From IMG/VR virus record IMGVR_UViG_3300044801_000206, positions 2,606 through 66,605 of that record: DNA of 64,000 bases. One strand, given 5' to 3'. The notes under the pieces are model-generated. The model did not search any database. It was not told where the DNA came from and saw only the letters and a list, made by a program, of their open reading frames with translations. Each line of letters begins with the position of its first letter. Position 1 is the stretch's first letter. Made by a program: the position numbers and the translations under genes. Below, piece after piece: positions 30,714 through 40,821 of the stretch. The DNA comes from a virus.

Positions 30714-31838
30714 ATGCGGCTCACCTACAAATACCGGCTGATCCCCACGAAGGCGCAGGCAGTCTTCCTGTCCGGCGAGCTTCGCGATGCCTGTTCGCTC
30801 TACAACGCCGCTCTCGAGGAGCGCATCGGGGCCTGGAGAACATGCCGCAAGAGCATCAACTACTACGACCAGGCGAACCAGTTGAAGGCGATGCGCGCCG
30901 ACGGCTGCCTGACACTGGCGAATTTCTCGTGCTGCCAGGATGTGTTGCGCCGGGTCGATAAGACGTACAAGGCGTTCTACGCTCGCGTGAGGCGTGGTGA
31001 GACGCCAGGCTTCCCGCGCTATCGTCCCGCCCGCAGGTACGACAGCATCACCTTCCCGTCCTATGGCGACGGATGCCGTCTGCTGCCTAACGGTAAGCTG
31101 CGCATCCAGGGCGCGGGGCACATCAAGGTCAAATTGCACAGGCCGCTGGAGGGAGCCGTCAAGACCGTGACAGTTAAACGTGAGGCTGGCCGGTGGTTCG
31201 TAATCTTCAGTGTGGAGCGGGATGCCGCTCCGCTTCCGGTCAGTAATCGCGCTACGGGAATCGATGTCGGACTGAACAATTTCGCCGTACTGGCAGACGG
31301 CACGGAGATTCAGAACCCGTGCTACTACCGAAAGGCACAGGCCCGGTTGCGCTGTGCTCAGCGGAAGGTGGACCGGCGGAAGAAAGGCGGCATCCGGCGG
31401 CGCAAAGCTGTACGGTTGCTCCAGCGGGCGCATGTCCATGTCGGCAACCAGCGGCGTGACTTCCAGCACAAGCTGTCGCGCCAATTGGTCAACGAATACG
31501 GTGTGATCGCCGTCGAGGACTTGAACGTGAAGGGGCTCGCTGGTGGGATGCTGGCGAAGTCCGTCCACGATGCCGGATGGTCGATGTTCCTGGGAATGAT
31601 CGCGTACAAGGCTGCGAGCGCCGGACGCGAAGTCATCCAGGTTGACCCGCGTGGCACGAGCCAGACGTGCGTCTGTGGGCAGCGCGTGGCCAAGACTCTC
31701 GCGGATCGGTGGCACGATTGCCCGGTTTGCGGATTGTCGGCTAGCCGCGATCATGTATCGGCCCTCGTAATTCTTTCCAGAGCCCGGTGCGGGCTTTCAG
31801 GAGCCAACGTAGAGGATGTCGTCTCATGCGTTTCCTGA
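30714..31838 (+). CDS. tnpB: TnpB RNA-guided endonuclease
   Basis: YNAALEER, GIDVG, VEDL, CVC/CPVC, SRDH. Acidic triad retained. Confidence 0.95.
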   Translation: MRLTYKYRLIPTKAQAVFLSGELRDACSLYNAALEERIGAWRTCRKSINYYDQANQLKAMRADGCLTLANFSCCQDVLRRVDKTYKAFYARVRRGETPGFPRYRPARRYDSITFPSYGDGCRLLPNGKLRIQGAGHIKVKLHRPLEGAVKTVTVKREAGRWFVIFSVERDAAPLPVSNRATGIDVGLNNFAVLADGTEIQNPCYYRKAQARLRCAQRKVDRRKKGGIRRRKAVRLLQRAHVHVGNQRRDFQHKLSRQLVNEYGVIAVEDLNVKGLAGGMLAKSVHDAGWSMFLGMIAYKAASAGREVIQVDPRGTSQTCVCGQRVAKTLADRWHDCPVCGLSASRDHVSALVILSRARCGLSGANVEDVVSCVS

Positions 31839-31881
31839 GAAGCCGTCGCGTTCACGCGACGGTAGTTCACAAACTCACTAT

Positions 31882-34800
31882 TTATTGCCACTCGACCCAG
31901 AAAACGACCGACCCGCCACTGCTGAGGACTTCGTAATAATTACCAGGAAGCACCCAGAAAGAGACTGCAAAATCCGCGGCAGCGCTAATACTCAGGTTAC
32001 TCGTGATTGCGGTTTCCGGACCACTAGTCGGCGTGGCCGAGGAATTCGAATATACCTGGATGATGTTGTTTGACGTCACGTCGACGGTCACCGAGGCGTA
32101 GATCGCGCAGCCCGTGTTGTTTTGGTAGACCGTGCTCAGCGCGCGCGAAGACGTTGGCGTGCCAAACCAGGGATTTGCCTGTGTCTGCTGGCTGATGCCC
32201 GCACACGAAGTAGAACTGGATAGCGTGCCCGAGGAATTGGCCTGCAAGAAGCGGGAGCCGCTGCCCGCCAGTTGGCCAACCGTGACGGAACCGGTAGCCG
32301 AAATAACTACAGGTGAGCCGCCAGCGAACAGACCGCCAACTAGATTAAGTGCCCCGGTACTGTCTCCCCAAATCCCGGTGTAATGAAGGCTCCCTCCAGT
32401 GTCTCTAGCGGTGAACCAAATTGGCTGAGAAATTCCGTTGTTTCCATCGCAATAGCCGCCTGATACCAATGTGCATGGTCCGGCATTGTCCAATTGAATA
32501 CCAGCGACCGCTACTCCTTCTAGAGAGTGGAAGCCCCATGTCCAGGGAAGCGTATGCCATCCAGTCTTGGTCGCTGGCTGTGTTCCTCCGTCCGCAGCAC
32601 CGACCGTATACCCAGAAATATTATTCATGAAGCTCTGGATACCGCCATACGCGAAGAAAGCGCCCATGTTGTTGGTGTGGTTTGGGTCGAATCCATTAGA
32701 GATGTCCGATTCGATTCCAATGCCGCCGCCGCCTGAATAATAGTTTGAGGTGCCGTTATAGATCGTGTAATTTGAAATACTAGCGGGAGTTGAGGAGCCG
32801 GTACATCCAGAGCAAAGAGTCCATCCGCCAGACACGGTGGCTACTTTGGTAGAGCCGTTATAGGCCGTCACAGTGCCGGTTGAAGAAACCTGGGTGGTGC
32901 CGTTGTCCCAGGTCGCTAGGATGGTCATACCATTGTAGATATTGGTCGTCGCACTGTCATAGGTAGCGAGTGTCAGGCTCGTGCTGGCGCTGGCCTGTGA
33001 TACTCCATTGGTAGCACCAGTGGCTTGACCATTGAAGACTTGCGTTACAATTCCCCAACCTTTAGAGTTGTTGGCTCCCATACTCGCGGAAGGCTGGAAA
33101 GCTGTGGCCGTGCTGCTTCCTGAAAGGGAGATGGCGACCACTCCGATACATGGATATCCAAACCCGTTTGAAGTGCTTGATGGGACCACGCACAACGCTT
33201 GCAGCGCTGAGGATTGAGGATCATTGGATGATGTCGTCCCAAACATGCCATGAAATGCGTTTGCATAAGAGGAATACCAACTCGCCGGGGTTCCATAGTT
33301 GATTTGCAGCGCGAAATTATCGGTAGTCCACGTTCCAGCCGAAGACAAAGTCGCTGGCGCGCTCAGCCCCGTTATAGATTGGCACCCTATTAAATGGGAT
33401 GTTTGGTTATATGAAAGAGCGTGCGACCCATCCCCGCAATTGCTGCCACCATTAATTTGATAATACCCTACCGTGTTTGAGGAGGTTAGGATCGGTAGAG
33501 AATCAAAACTGGCCGCTGTATTTGGATACGAGACCCCGTTAACTTTCAGGTTTGTGACGCTGTTCGAACCGCTGGTCTGCGCATCGCCGGATAATTCCGC
33601 CGCTGTGAATGTTGAGGCACCGCCACGGAGGAGGCCCGTCAAAGTGGATTTTGTGCCGGTCCCGCCTTGGTTCACCGGCAAAGCGTTTGTCAAGGTCGTT
33701 GAAACCACCGTGAAGTTCGGGCTGGAAAACGTCACATCACCGCCAGCCGTGAAGCCTGCCAGCGAGCCGCTGCTATTGACTTGGATCTGGCCGCTGCTCC
33801 CTGCGGCGCCTCCAACCGGCGTGGTCCAGGAGGGAACGCCTGAAGCTGTTTCTTGTAACCATTGCGTTCCGCTATTGTTGCCCGACAAGTGGGTCCAGGT
33901 CGAACCATTCCAATAAACGACATCGCCTGCCCGAGTTGCGGTAGGGAATAGGCTTGTGAGTGCCGCCGAAGCAGTGATTGCGGCCGTGCCTCCCTGTGCA
34001 ATTGGCAAGGCGGAGGCTAAATGCGTCACCGTGACTTGGCTTGATGTGTTGATGTCCGTCCCGGTCAAGGCAATTGAGTTGTTCACGTAGGCTGAGGTGA
34101 TGGTGCTACAGGTTGGCGCCGCAATGCCTGAAATCGCCGTGACAGCTTGGCTAGAGCAAGTGGTGGCTGTATTCCCAGATCCCACGACTGCAACCGCTCC
34201 CACCATAGTTGAAGTGTTGTTGTAGCCCCATACCAAAGTGTGAACGGCAGTCGGCCCGGTGAAAGCCAGGTATCCATCACCGGTAGGTCCGGCCGCCGCG
34301 CCGGTGGGTAAGCGAAATCCGTTGCTGGTCGAGGCATTGATCATATTAAGGATTCCCGAACTGCCGGCAATCACGCTATGGGCCGAGGCGTTGAACGTGA
34401 AATCGGATCCCATATCCGACACGGCGCTTCCGGTTGTCGCGTAATATGCCAAGTGGTTAGCTGTCCCAGGGTTCACCCCGCCGCCTCCGCCTCCGCCGCA
34501 TGTCACGGTCGCGTCGATGAAATTCCCATTCGCATCGATCTGAACACAATCGCCTAATGTCAATGCCCCTGTAGTTGTGACAAACGTGGTGGTGTTGCCG
34601 CTCACCGTTCCCACGGAAGGCGCCGTGCCCGCCCCTCCTCCGATGACAGGCATATTGGCCGTCAAGGCACCGGAACTGGCCCAAGCGGTCGCGCTAGAGA
34701 AATACGGGATACCGCCGGACGTTCCGGCCACCGTGATTGCAGGGGTTGTGGTGGGCGTTGCAACGGTCAGAAGCCCCCCGGTAAACCCGACAGTAGTCAC

Positions 34801-37359
34801 CGTCCCGGTGGTAGTTGAGAGCGTGCCGGAGGTGGGGAAGGTCACCGCCGTGTTGCCGCTCAGAGTGATTCCCAGCGTGTAATTGCCGGTGAACGTGATG
34901 GTATTGCTGACACCGTTAGCTACCCCGGTGCCCCCATAGACTGGCCCCACCACAGATCCATTCCAGGTGCCCCCGGTGATGACGCCCATCGCGGAGAGGG
35001 GCAGATAAGAGGAACTGAGAGACGAGCATGTCGGCGCCGCAACTCCCGAGACCGCCGTCACGACTTGGTTGGAGCATGTCGTTGCTGAGTTAGTGCCGGT
35101 AGCCGCCGCCGCACTGACGATCGTAGTGCCGTTCGAGCCATGCACCAGGGCGTGGGTTGTGATGTTGAATGCCAGGAAATCATCAGCCGTCGGAGCCGCG
35201 CCGGCCGCCGCTGGGATCTTTAACCCCGCAGTGGGAGAGGCCGCGCTCATATCGAAGATGGCCGAACTCACGCCACTCAAGGTATGCGTATTGAATGTGA
35301 AATCCGTACCCATGTCGGCCAATTGCGTTGAACTGCTGGCGTAAATCAAATGGCCGCCCGTCAACGAGGTCGGATAGGCGATAGTGGAGAATCCCGGATT
35401 GGCCGAGGCGCCGGCACCGAGGAGCGGCATGTTGGCCGCCCCAGGCCCCACTCCGGTCATCGTCGTCCCGGAAGCCCACACGCCGACTTGGTATTGCGCC
35501 GGGCTGCCGGAGGTGGACATATTGCCGCCGCTACCGGTGTTGGTTAATGTGCCGGCGGAGAAGTTCAGGCCTGTCCCAACCGTCACATTCGAGAATCCCC
35601 CTGCGCCGTTTCCATAAAGGATTGCTGCACCGGAAGTGGCTGGTGCATAGTCGGTGCCGGAACCGGCCGTGGACGGGGTTGCTACACTCCCAGAGACCGT
35701 GATCTTGACCAATCCGGTAGAGAGCAGTCCAAGGTTTACGGCATTCGCCGGAGCGTTCGCGCTGCTAGCCGTCCAGTAGGTCCCGAGAGCATTGGCGCCG
35801 CTGCCACCGGTACCGCAGGGTGATCCCACGTCGATCAGACCCACTGCCCCCCAAGCAACGCAGTTGCCGGAAGTGCCGAGGGCGGATGCAGCAACCGGCC
35901 TTGTCCCGCTGCCCCACACATTCAAGGTAATGGTGTTCGACGTATTGACCAGAGGCGTCGTGAACGTCAGCGCCGGCCCATAAGAAGTCGCATCAAAACT
36001 CCACGCCGAGCCAGTGTACCGCAGGTTGCCGGCGGCCAATACAGGCAGCGCCACACCTTTTAGCCCATTAATCGTTAACGATGGGCTGATGCTGGTTGTG
36101 CCATTGGCGGTTCCGGAGGCATCCCCTCCGGCTGTCCAGGTGATGCTCTGATTCGCTGTCAAATATGTAGCCGAATCAAAGGTCCAAGCGCCCCCGGTAT
36201 ACCGCAGGTTGCCTGTAGCCAGCGATGGCAATGAAACTCCCTTAATCCCTGCCACAGTGAACGATGGAGAAATGCTGGTTGTCCCGGAAGCTGATCCGGA
36301 AAGATCCCCGCCAGCCGTAAAAGTGATTGACTGGTTGGCCGTGATGTATCCCGGCCCGTTCGTGAAACTTGAAAGGTTCGTTGGGAATGTGGCCAAAGTC
36401 AGATCCCCGCGGAAGTACTGCGCCGTAGTCCCGGTCGTAATCAATGTCTGATAAGCAGTCCCATCGAGTGCCCAAGCAGACCCGCTGTATCGTAGATTGC
36501 CTGCCGTCAAATTCGGTAGCGCCACACCCTTTAACCCCGTCACAGTTAAAGACGGGCTGATCGAAGTTGTCCCCGAAGCTGAACCGGAAGCATCCCCTCC
36601 CGCAGTCCACGTAATTGACTGATTCGCAGTGAGGTAACCAGGGCCATTCGTGAAGCTGGATAGGCTCGTTGGGAAAGTCGCCAGCGATAAATCCCCGCGG
36701 AAATATTGCGCAGTCGTGCCGGTTGTGATCGGAGATTGATAGAGCCCTGACATAGCTGCTTGGGCGCGGGAACCTGTAAAGTAAAGATTCGACCCTTCCG
36801 GAACATTCGTAGTATTGATCGTCGGCAAGTCAGCCAGAACCATAGACCGCAGTGCTGCGGTTGCAGTGGAACTGCCACTGGGATTCGTCGCCAGGATGAG
36901 GTTCGGGAGTCCGCTTGGCAACCCACCACCACCACCTCCACCGGAGCCTGGATTCAAATACAGCCCATTCTGTGCGGTGTACGTTCCAACAGCACTCCCC
37001 GTGATGACGATCTGTATAAACTGCGCTGGAGAGAACGGCGGGTCCGTGGCAATCGCGACTGCCGGGCTGCTGCCCTGGTTGATCGAAGCCCCTGATCCAT
37101 AACTGCTCCAAGGGCCGGTGCAAGAAGTATTCGAATACTGGAGTGTCACCGTCCACGAGCCGGAGCCCTGCGCGGCGAATGCGTGATAAGTGTTTTGGCG
37201 TAGAAATTGACTGCGGTTATCAACCGTATTTGCGCCGCATTCGCCGGCCCAAGAACTGCTGATGCCGGCGATATTCGTAATTAGCAGACCTTGCGGACTC
37301 GTCTGTGCCAGCACAGTGCTGGCCAAAACAAGCCCTGCGAATACCTTCCACAGTTTCAA
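31882..37359 (-). CDS. Giant Gly/Thr/Ser-rich fibre-like protein with signal peptide
   Basis: MKLWKVFAGLVLASTVLAQ. Internal repeats at about 36000-36740. C-terminus SRALSTVYQNNTG..VSFWVLPGNYYEV is fibre-like. Confidence 0.7.
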   Translation of the reverse strand: MKLWKVFAGLVLASTVLAQTSPQGLLITNIAGISSSWAGECGANTVDNRSQFLRQNTYHAFAAQGSGSWTVTLQYSNTSCTGPWSSYGSGASINQGSSPAVAIATDPPFSPAQFIQIVITGSAVGTYTAQNGLYLNPGSGGGGGGGLPSGLPNLILATNPSGSSTATAALRSMVLADLPTINTTNVPEGSNLYFTGSRAQAAMSGLYQSPITTGTTAQYFRGDLSLATFPTSLSSFTNGPGYLTANQSITWTAGGDASGSASGTTSISPSLTVTGLKGVALPNLTAGNLRYSGSAWALDGTAYQTLITTGTTAQYFRGDLTLATFPTNLSSFTNGPGYITANQSITFTAGGDLSGSASGTTSISPSFTVAGIKGVSLPSLATGNLRYTGGAWTFDSATYLTANQSITWTAGGDASGTANGTTSISPSLTINGLKGVALPVLAAGNLRYTGSAWSFDATSYGPALTFTTPLVNTSNTITLNVWGSGTRPVAASALGTSGNCVAWGAVGLIDVGSPCGTGGSGANALGTYWTASSANAPANAVNLGLLSTGLVKITVSGSVATPSTAGSGTDYAPATSGAAILYGNGAGGFSNVTVGTGLNFSAGTLTNTGSGGNMSTSGSPAQYQVGVWASGTTMTGVGPGAANMPLLGAGASANPGFSTIAYPTSLTGGHLIYASSSTQLADMGTDFTFNTHTLSGVSSAIFDMSAASPTAGLKIPAAAGAAPTADDFLAFNITTHALVHGSNGTTIVSAAAATGTNSATTCSNQVVTAVSGVAAPTCSSLSSSYLPLSAMGVITGGTWNGSVVGPVYGGTGVANGVSNTITFTGNYTLGITLSGNTAVTFPTSGTLSTTTGTVTTVGFTGGLLTVATPTTTPAITVAGTSGGIPYFSSATAWASSGALTANMPVIGGGAGTAPSVGTVSGNTTTFVTTTGALTLGDCVQIDANGNFIDATVTCGGGGGGGVNPGTANHLAYYATTGSAVSDMGSDFTFNASAHSVIAGSSGILNMINASTSNGFRLPTGAAAGPTGDGYLAFTGPTAVHTLVWGYNNTSTMVGAVAVVGSGNTATTCSSQAVTAISGIAAPTCSTITSAYVNNSIALTGTDINTSSQVTVTHLASALPIAQGGTAAITASAALTSLFPTATRAGDVVYWNGSTWTHLSGNNSGTQWLQETASGVPSWTTPVGGAAGSSGQIQVNSSGSLAGFTAGGDVTFSSPNFTVVSTTLTNALPVNQGGTGTKSTLTGLLRGGASTFTAAELSGDAQTSGSNSVTNLKVNGVSYPNTAASFDSLPILTSSNTVGYYQINGGSNCGDGSHALSYNQTSHLIGCQSITGLSAPATLSSAGTWTTDNFALQINYGTPASWYSSYANAFHGMFGTTSSNDPQSSALQALCVVPSSTSNGFGYPCIGVVAISLSGSSTATAFQPSASMGANNSKGWGIVTQVFNGQATGATNGVSQASASTSLTLATYDSATTNIYNGMTILATWDNGTTQVSSTGTVTAYNGSTKVATVSGGWTLCSGCTGSSTPASISNYTIYNGTSNYYSGGGGIGIESDISNGFDPNHTNNMGAFFAYGGIQSFMNNISGYTVGAADGGTQPATKTGWHTLPWTWGFHSLEGVAVAGIQLDNAGPCTLVSGGYCDGNNGISQPIWFTARDTGGSLHYTGIWGDSTGALNLVGGLFAGGSPVVISATGSVTVGQLAGSGSRFLQANSSGTLSSSTSCAGISQQTQANPWFGTPTSSRALSTVYQNNTGCAIYASVTVDVTSNNIIQVYSNSSATPTSGPETAITSNLSISAAADFAVSFWVLPGNYYEVLSSGGSVVFWVEWQ

Positions 37360-37841
37360 GCGGCCTCCTCGTATACGGGAGTATTGAATAACGCAGCCTC
37401 TGCGATGCGCCGCGCTTTTAGCCCTGGCAACTCAACCACACTGCCGTTCACCAGGGCATGGTCCATGTCCAGGAACTGCACGGCGGCATCCTGTAAATTC
37501 CCACTCACCAAATCTTTCCACATCTTCGGCGCCTTCCGAGGCAATGCGCGTGCTCCCCCCAAAAGGTTGAAGGATAAAGAGGCTAACGAATCAAATTGAT
37601 TCTGGTTGATCGGAGCCCCGCTAGGCAGTATCGAAATGAGCGTGTTCGCCACATAGCTAAGGTCCTCTTGCAAGAACGCTTCGGCTTGGTCTTCCGTGAT
37701 CTGCTGGCCTTGCCGTACCATGTCGGTGTGGCCCCATCCGATTGTCCAGCAACCGGCCGGGCAGAGATAGGCGGTTAGATAGAGTCCTTCAAATCTCTTC
37801 ACCAGTGCAACGCAGGCATCGGAATAGCTGCTAATCGTCAT
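37356..37841 (-). CDS. GH24 phage lysozyme (endolysin)
   Basis: FEGLYLTAYLCPAGCWTIGWGHT, NQNQFDSLASLSFN, LPGLKARRIAEAALF. Confidence 0.92.
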   Translation of the reverse strand: MTISSYSDACVALVKRFEGLYLTAYLCPAGCWTIGWGHTDMVRQGQQITEDQAEAFLQEDLSYVANTLISILPSGAPINQNQFDSLASLSFNLLGGARALPRKAPKMWKDLVSGNLQDAAVQFLDMDHALVNGSVVELPGLKARRIAEAALFNTPVYEEAA

Positions 37842-38541
37842 CTTCAAGAAGCTCCTCGCGAGCGATGGAATCTGCCAAACTCATCGCTTCCAACCACCTG
37901 GCGCGACAATAGGCTGCTCTTTGCAAATCCCTGCATTCGGAATCTGCGCTAAAAACCTGTTCCAACACGCCATAGACCAGATAGTGAGAAAAACTGTCTG
38001 GCACGCATTGCAACAGCACTGGGTTACCGAAGCCATCCAGGATAGTCCAAGCGGTGATGTCCGGTGCCGCCGGTCCTACCATGGTCAAATTCCGATCAGC
38101 CGGGAAGAAGTCATCGTACTGGCCAATCGGCGGCGTGCTCCCTGAATAGATCACCCCGTTATAGTCCGGCATCGGGAACATTTCGACCATCTTCGGCGCA
38201 AGGTTGTCTTCATGCCACTGCTTGGGGCACCCTTGTCGCTTGCGCCACTCAAAGTGCCCAGTTGTGAGATCTGCCTCAGCGACCTTCTCAATGAGTTTCC
38301 CGCTGACGAAACAAAGTTCCGGCTTCATCACATCATCGGGGACTGCATACTGGGGGGCCCCGGCCTTGAGTGGCGTTGTGAATATATTCTTGTAGAGCGC
38401 TGCGCGCTGAGTGAAGTCCAAGATGACAACTCCCAGGATGTCCAGGAACTGCTGTTGAGTGAACAAGCCGAGGGTGAAACCGTTGTCCTCTAAAAGTGCG
38501 AGGCAGCACTGCGAATAGATCGTCCCTACGCTGACACTCAT
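37831..38541 (-). CDS. Putative head-tail adaptor / tail tubular protein
   Basis: QYAVPDDVM..W..RQGCPKQW..MFPMPD..HYLVYG pattern, plus position in the operon. Confidence 0.55.
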   Translation of the reverse strand: MSVSVGTIYSQCCLALLEDNGFTLGLFTQQQFLDILGVVILDFTQRAALYKNIFTTPLKAGAPQYAVPDDVMKPELCFVSGKLIEKVAEADLTTGHFEWRKRQGCPKQWHEDNLAPKMVEMFPMPDYNGVIYSGSTPPIGQYDDFFPADRNLTMVGPAAPDITAWTILDGFGNPVLLQCVPDSFSHYLVYGVLEQVFSADSECRDLQRAAYCRARWLEAMSLADSIAREELLEDDD

Positions 38542-39209
38542 GGCGCCACCTGCTGTACCGGTGGTGCCTGTTGGCGCGGCCCGAGAAGCGCATACTTGGG
38601 AGCCTTGAAACTTTCGTAACGCAGCCGCTGACGAACCTTATCGTAGAACTCGTTCAGTTCGATTGAGCCATCGGCGAAGATTTTGCCCCCGACTTTCAGC
38701 GGCATCCGGTGAGCGCAGTACGCCGTAATCAGTTCCACGTACTCGTTCTCAATCACCAAAACGTCGGTGGGGTTGACCAGAAGCGGTGGCTCACCAAGGC
38801 CCGTAATTGTGAGATCGTTCCCTCCAACTGAGTCGATCGGGTTGATGACGAACTGGCCGATCCCGATAGACGCCCAATAGTCCACCCGTCCATACGAAAG
38901 CGTAGTCGCTGTAGCCCAATTGCGGCGCTGCCGGGCCAAGTTTCTCAGGGTAGTTTTCTGAAGCTGCCGCCCTTCGAATGAAATCAGGATAGGCACCAAC
39001 ATGCCCGCAGGCGTGTTGTAGACGAGTTTATCGGCTACGGTAAAGCCAGCAAGATGTAAAGTGTTGCGAAAGAATCCCGTGAACAGCGAAGTGGTGCGCA
39101 CTGCCTCGTTGATTACGTAGTCAACTTCAGGCAGCGTATACAGACTTGTGTTCTGGTCAAGCCTGTCGAGAGCCATCTGTCGAAGCGTACTGAGAGTAAA
39201 ACTCGGCAT
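38538..39209 (-). CDS. Putative head-tail adaptor / tail tubular protein (paralogue-like)
   Basis: TLSTLRQ..DYVINEA..YNTP..YVELITAYC adaptor-like pattern. Confidence 0.55.
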   Translation of the reverse strand: MPSFTLSTLRQMALDRLDQNTSLYTLPEVDYVINEAVRTTSLFTGFFRNTLHLAGFTVADKLVYNTPAGMLVPILISFEGRQLQKTTLRNLARQRRNWATATTLSYGRVDYWASIGIGQFVINPIDSVGGNDLTITGLGEPPLLVNPTDVLVIENEYVELITAYCAHRMPLKVGGKIFADGSIELNEFYDKVRQRLRYESFKAPKYALLGPRQQAPPVQQVAP

Positions 39210-39256
39210 GCGCTATTCACTTTTCAAATCATTCTGCCGGCGGTAACTGGTTGTTG

Positions 39257-40399
39257 GGTAGTGGGTCACTTTGGCCCTTCTGCCGAAACGCCGACAACGC
39301 TCCTACCGAGCGCGTTCTCGCCTAAAGCGAGAATATTGATGGCCGCGTTGTGATCACGGTTCAAGGATAACCCGCAATGCGGGCATTCATGCCAGCGATC
39401 CGCTAGTCCCTTCGGAACTGTCTCACCACATCGGCTACATCTCTGCGTCGTACCCCTGGGATTCACTGCCACAACATAGCGCCCGGCGCGTTCGGCCTTG
39501 TACGCAAGGTGGAACAGGAGTTGCCCCCAAGCAGCATCTAAAATACTTTTGGCAAGGTATCCCTTCACCATGTTCGAAATCTTCAAATCTTCATGCGCGA
39601 TTAGGTCGTAGCGTGCTACCAGAGCCTTCGAAACGTGGTGGCAGAAGTTCTTACGAGCGTCGGCCATCCGCTGATACGCGCGGCGCGTTTGCTCTTTAGC
39701 ACGGAGCCGATTCTTACTGCCGCGTTTCTTCCGCGCCAGATTCTTTTGCGCCCGCGCGATCCGCTGTACATGCTGCCGGATGAAGCGCGGATTGGGAATC
39801 TCGCTACCATCCGATAATGTGGCAAAGGTGGTCAACCCAACGTCAATGCCTACAGGATGCGACACAACACATTTCCCTGGCGCTGGGCCAATGTCGCACG
39901 TCACACGCCCCACCCATTTCTTGCCAACCAGTTTGATTGTGGCCTGCTTGATAGTTCCTTTTATCTCCTGGTGCGCCTTGAATCGCACATGGCCCAGATT
40001 CGGAACCAGCACTGCGTCACCGTGAATTCGTGGGCTATGCCACGCGAATGATGTGTAGCGGTCCACCGACCGGAAACGCGGGAATCCAGGATCCTCACCG
40101 CTTTTGCAACGGCGGAAGAACGCTTTGAATGCCCGGTCGATCCGCCGTAGAGGTTCACGTTGAATGTCTGATGCGATCACGGAAAACTGTGGATCTTCAC
40201 GTAGACGCGCCAATTCCGCGCACTGGTCGTATAGGCTGATGCTTTTGTGTTGAAGTTTCCAAGCGTCCCGGCGTTCCTGGAGAGCCGCGTTGTACGTTTC
40301 CTGCGAGTCCAACAGAATACGCGCGAACGCTTCCTTCTGCTTCCGCGTCGGCTTCAATCGCAACTCGTAAGATCGCATCATTCAAACTGACCCACTACT
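39257..40399 (-). mobile_element. Element D: tnpB flanked by 11-12-bp terminal inverted repeats and an 8-9-bp target duplication
   Basis: GGTAGTGGGTCA at 39257-39268 and TGACCCACTACT at 40388-40399. Direct repeat GGTTGTTG at 39249-39256 and 40400-40407. Confidence 0.85.
39266..40381 (-). CDS. tnpB: TnpB RNA-guided endonuclease (intact RuvC)
   Basis: YNAALQER, GIDVG, HEDL, CSRC/CPHC, NRDHNAA. Confidence 0.95.
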   Translation of the reverse strand: MMRSYELRLKPTRKQKEAFARILLDSQETYNAALQERRDAWKLQHKSISLYDQCAELARLREDPQFSVIASDIQREPLRRIDRAFKAFFRRCKSGEDPGFPRFRSVDRYTSFAWHSPRIHGDAVLVPNLGHVRFKAHQEIKGTIKQATIKLVGKKWVGRVTCDIGPAPGKCVVSHPVGIDVGLTTFATLSDGSEIPNPRFIRQHVQRIARAQKNLARKKRGSKNRLRAKEQTRRAYQRMADARKNFCHHVSKALVARYDLIAHEDLKISNMVKGYLAKSILDAAWGQLLFHLAYKAERAGRYVVAVNPRGTTQRCSRCGETVPKGLADRWHECPHCGLSLNRDHNAAINILALGENALGRSVVGVSAEGPK

Positions 40400-40607
40400 G
40401 GTTGTTGCCGGGAGGAAGATCCGGAGGCTTTGGAGTATGGCTTGTAATCTTCAACAACAATGCTCCGCTAATCCCTGTTGTCAGCCCAGCGACCGTCTGG
40501 TAAAACTGGCCATCAGTTTTGAACCACCACTCCGCGAAGAATAGAGCGACTGTGAAGAATATCAGCAGAGCCGCCAACAAAACCACCATCGGGTCGATCT
40601 TCTGCAC
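40395..40607 (-). CDS. Two-TM membrane protein, possible holin
   Basis: Two hydrophobic segments. C-terminus truncated by element D. Confidence 0.55.
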   Translation of the reverse strand: MQKIDPMVVLLAALLIFFTVALFFAEWWFKTDGQFYQTVAGLTTGISGALLLKITSHTPKPPDLPPGNNQ

Positions 40608-40616
40608 AAACCCTCC

Positions 40617-40820
40617 TTACCGGCTGCCCCGCTTTGATACGCGAGAGGCCTTTTTGCGGCCAGCCGATGCCATGCGCTGAAACTCGCGTTTTCCGTACTT
40701 GTTTCTACCAATATTCGCAGCAACCGCTCCTGGATTCGACACTCCGCCTTTGCTGGCCAACTTCGCCTTGAGCGCCGCAAAGCGCCCGCCGCCACCAACC
40801 GCCATACTCTTGTGCGCCAT
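40617..40820 (-). CDS. Small basic protein
   Basis: AGGAG RBS. Lys/Arg/Gly-rich. Confidence 0.65.
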   Translation of the reverse strand: MAHKSMAVGGGGRFAALKAKLASKGGVSNPGAVAANIGRNKYGKREFQRMASAGRKKASRVSKRGSR

Positions 40821-40821
40821 C

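Larger units (their letters stand above)
30184..31870 (+). mobile_element. IS605-type element C (tnpA+tnpB); right end TCAC
   Basis: Left hairpin CTGTTGCC-TTCA-GGCGACAG. Right hairpin CCGTCGCG-TTCA-CGCGACGG then TAGTTCAC. Left boundary is after CCAT (30184) or after TTTAA (30193). Confidence 0.9.

Noticed and set aside
30189-31754. Long antisense ORFs over IS elements (also 5954-7225 and 5664-6035)
   Set aside because: Shadow frames opposite clear tnpA/tnpB genes.
6173-40381. Nuclease-dead TnpB (TldR-like repressors) or Cas12f
   Set aside because: All three intact proteins keep the D-E-D triad, and no CRISPR array or cas genes are present.
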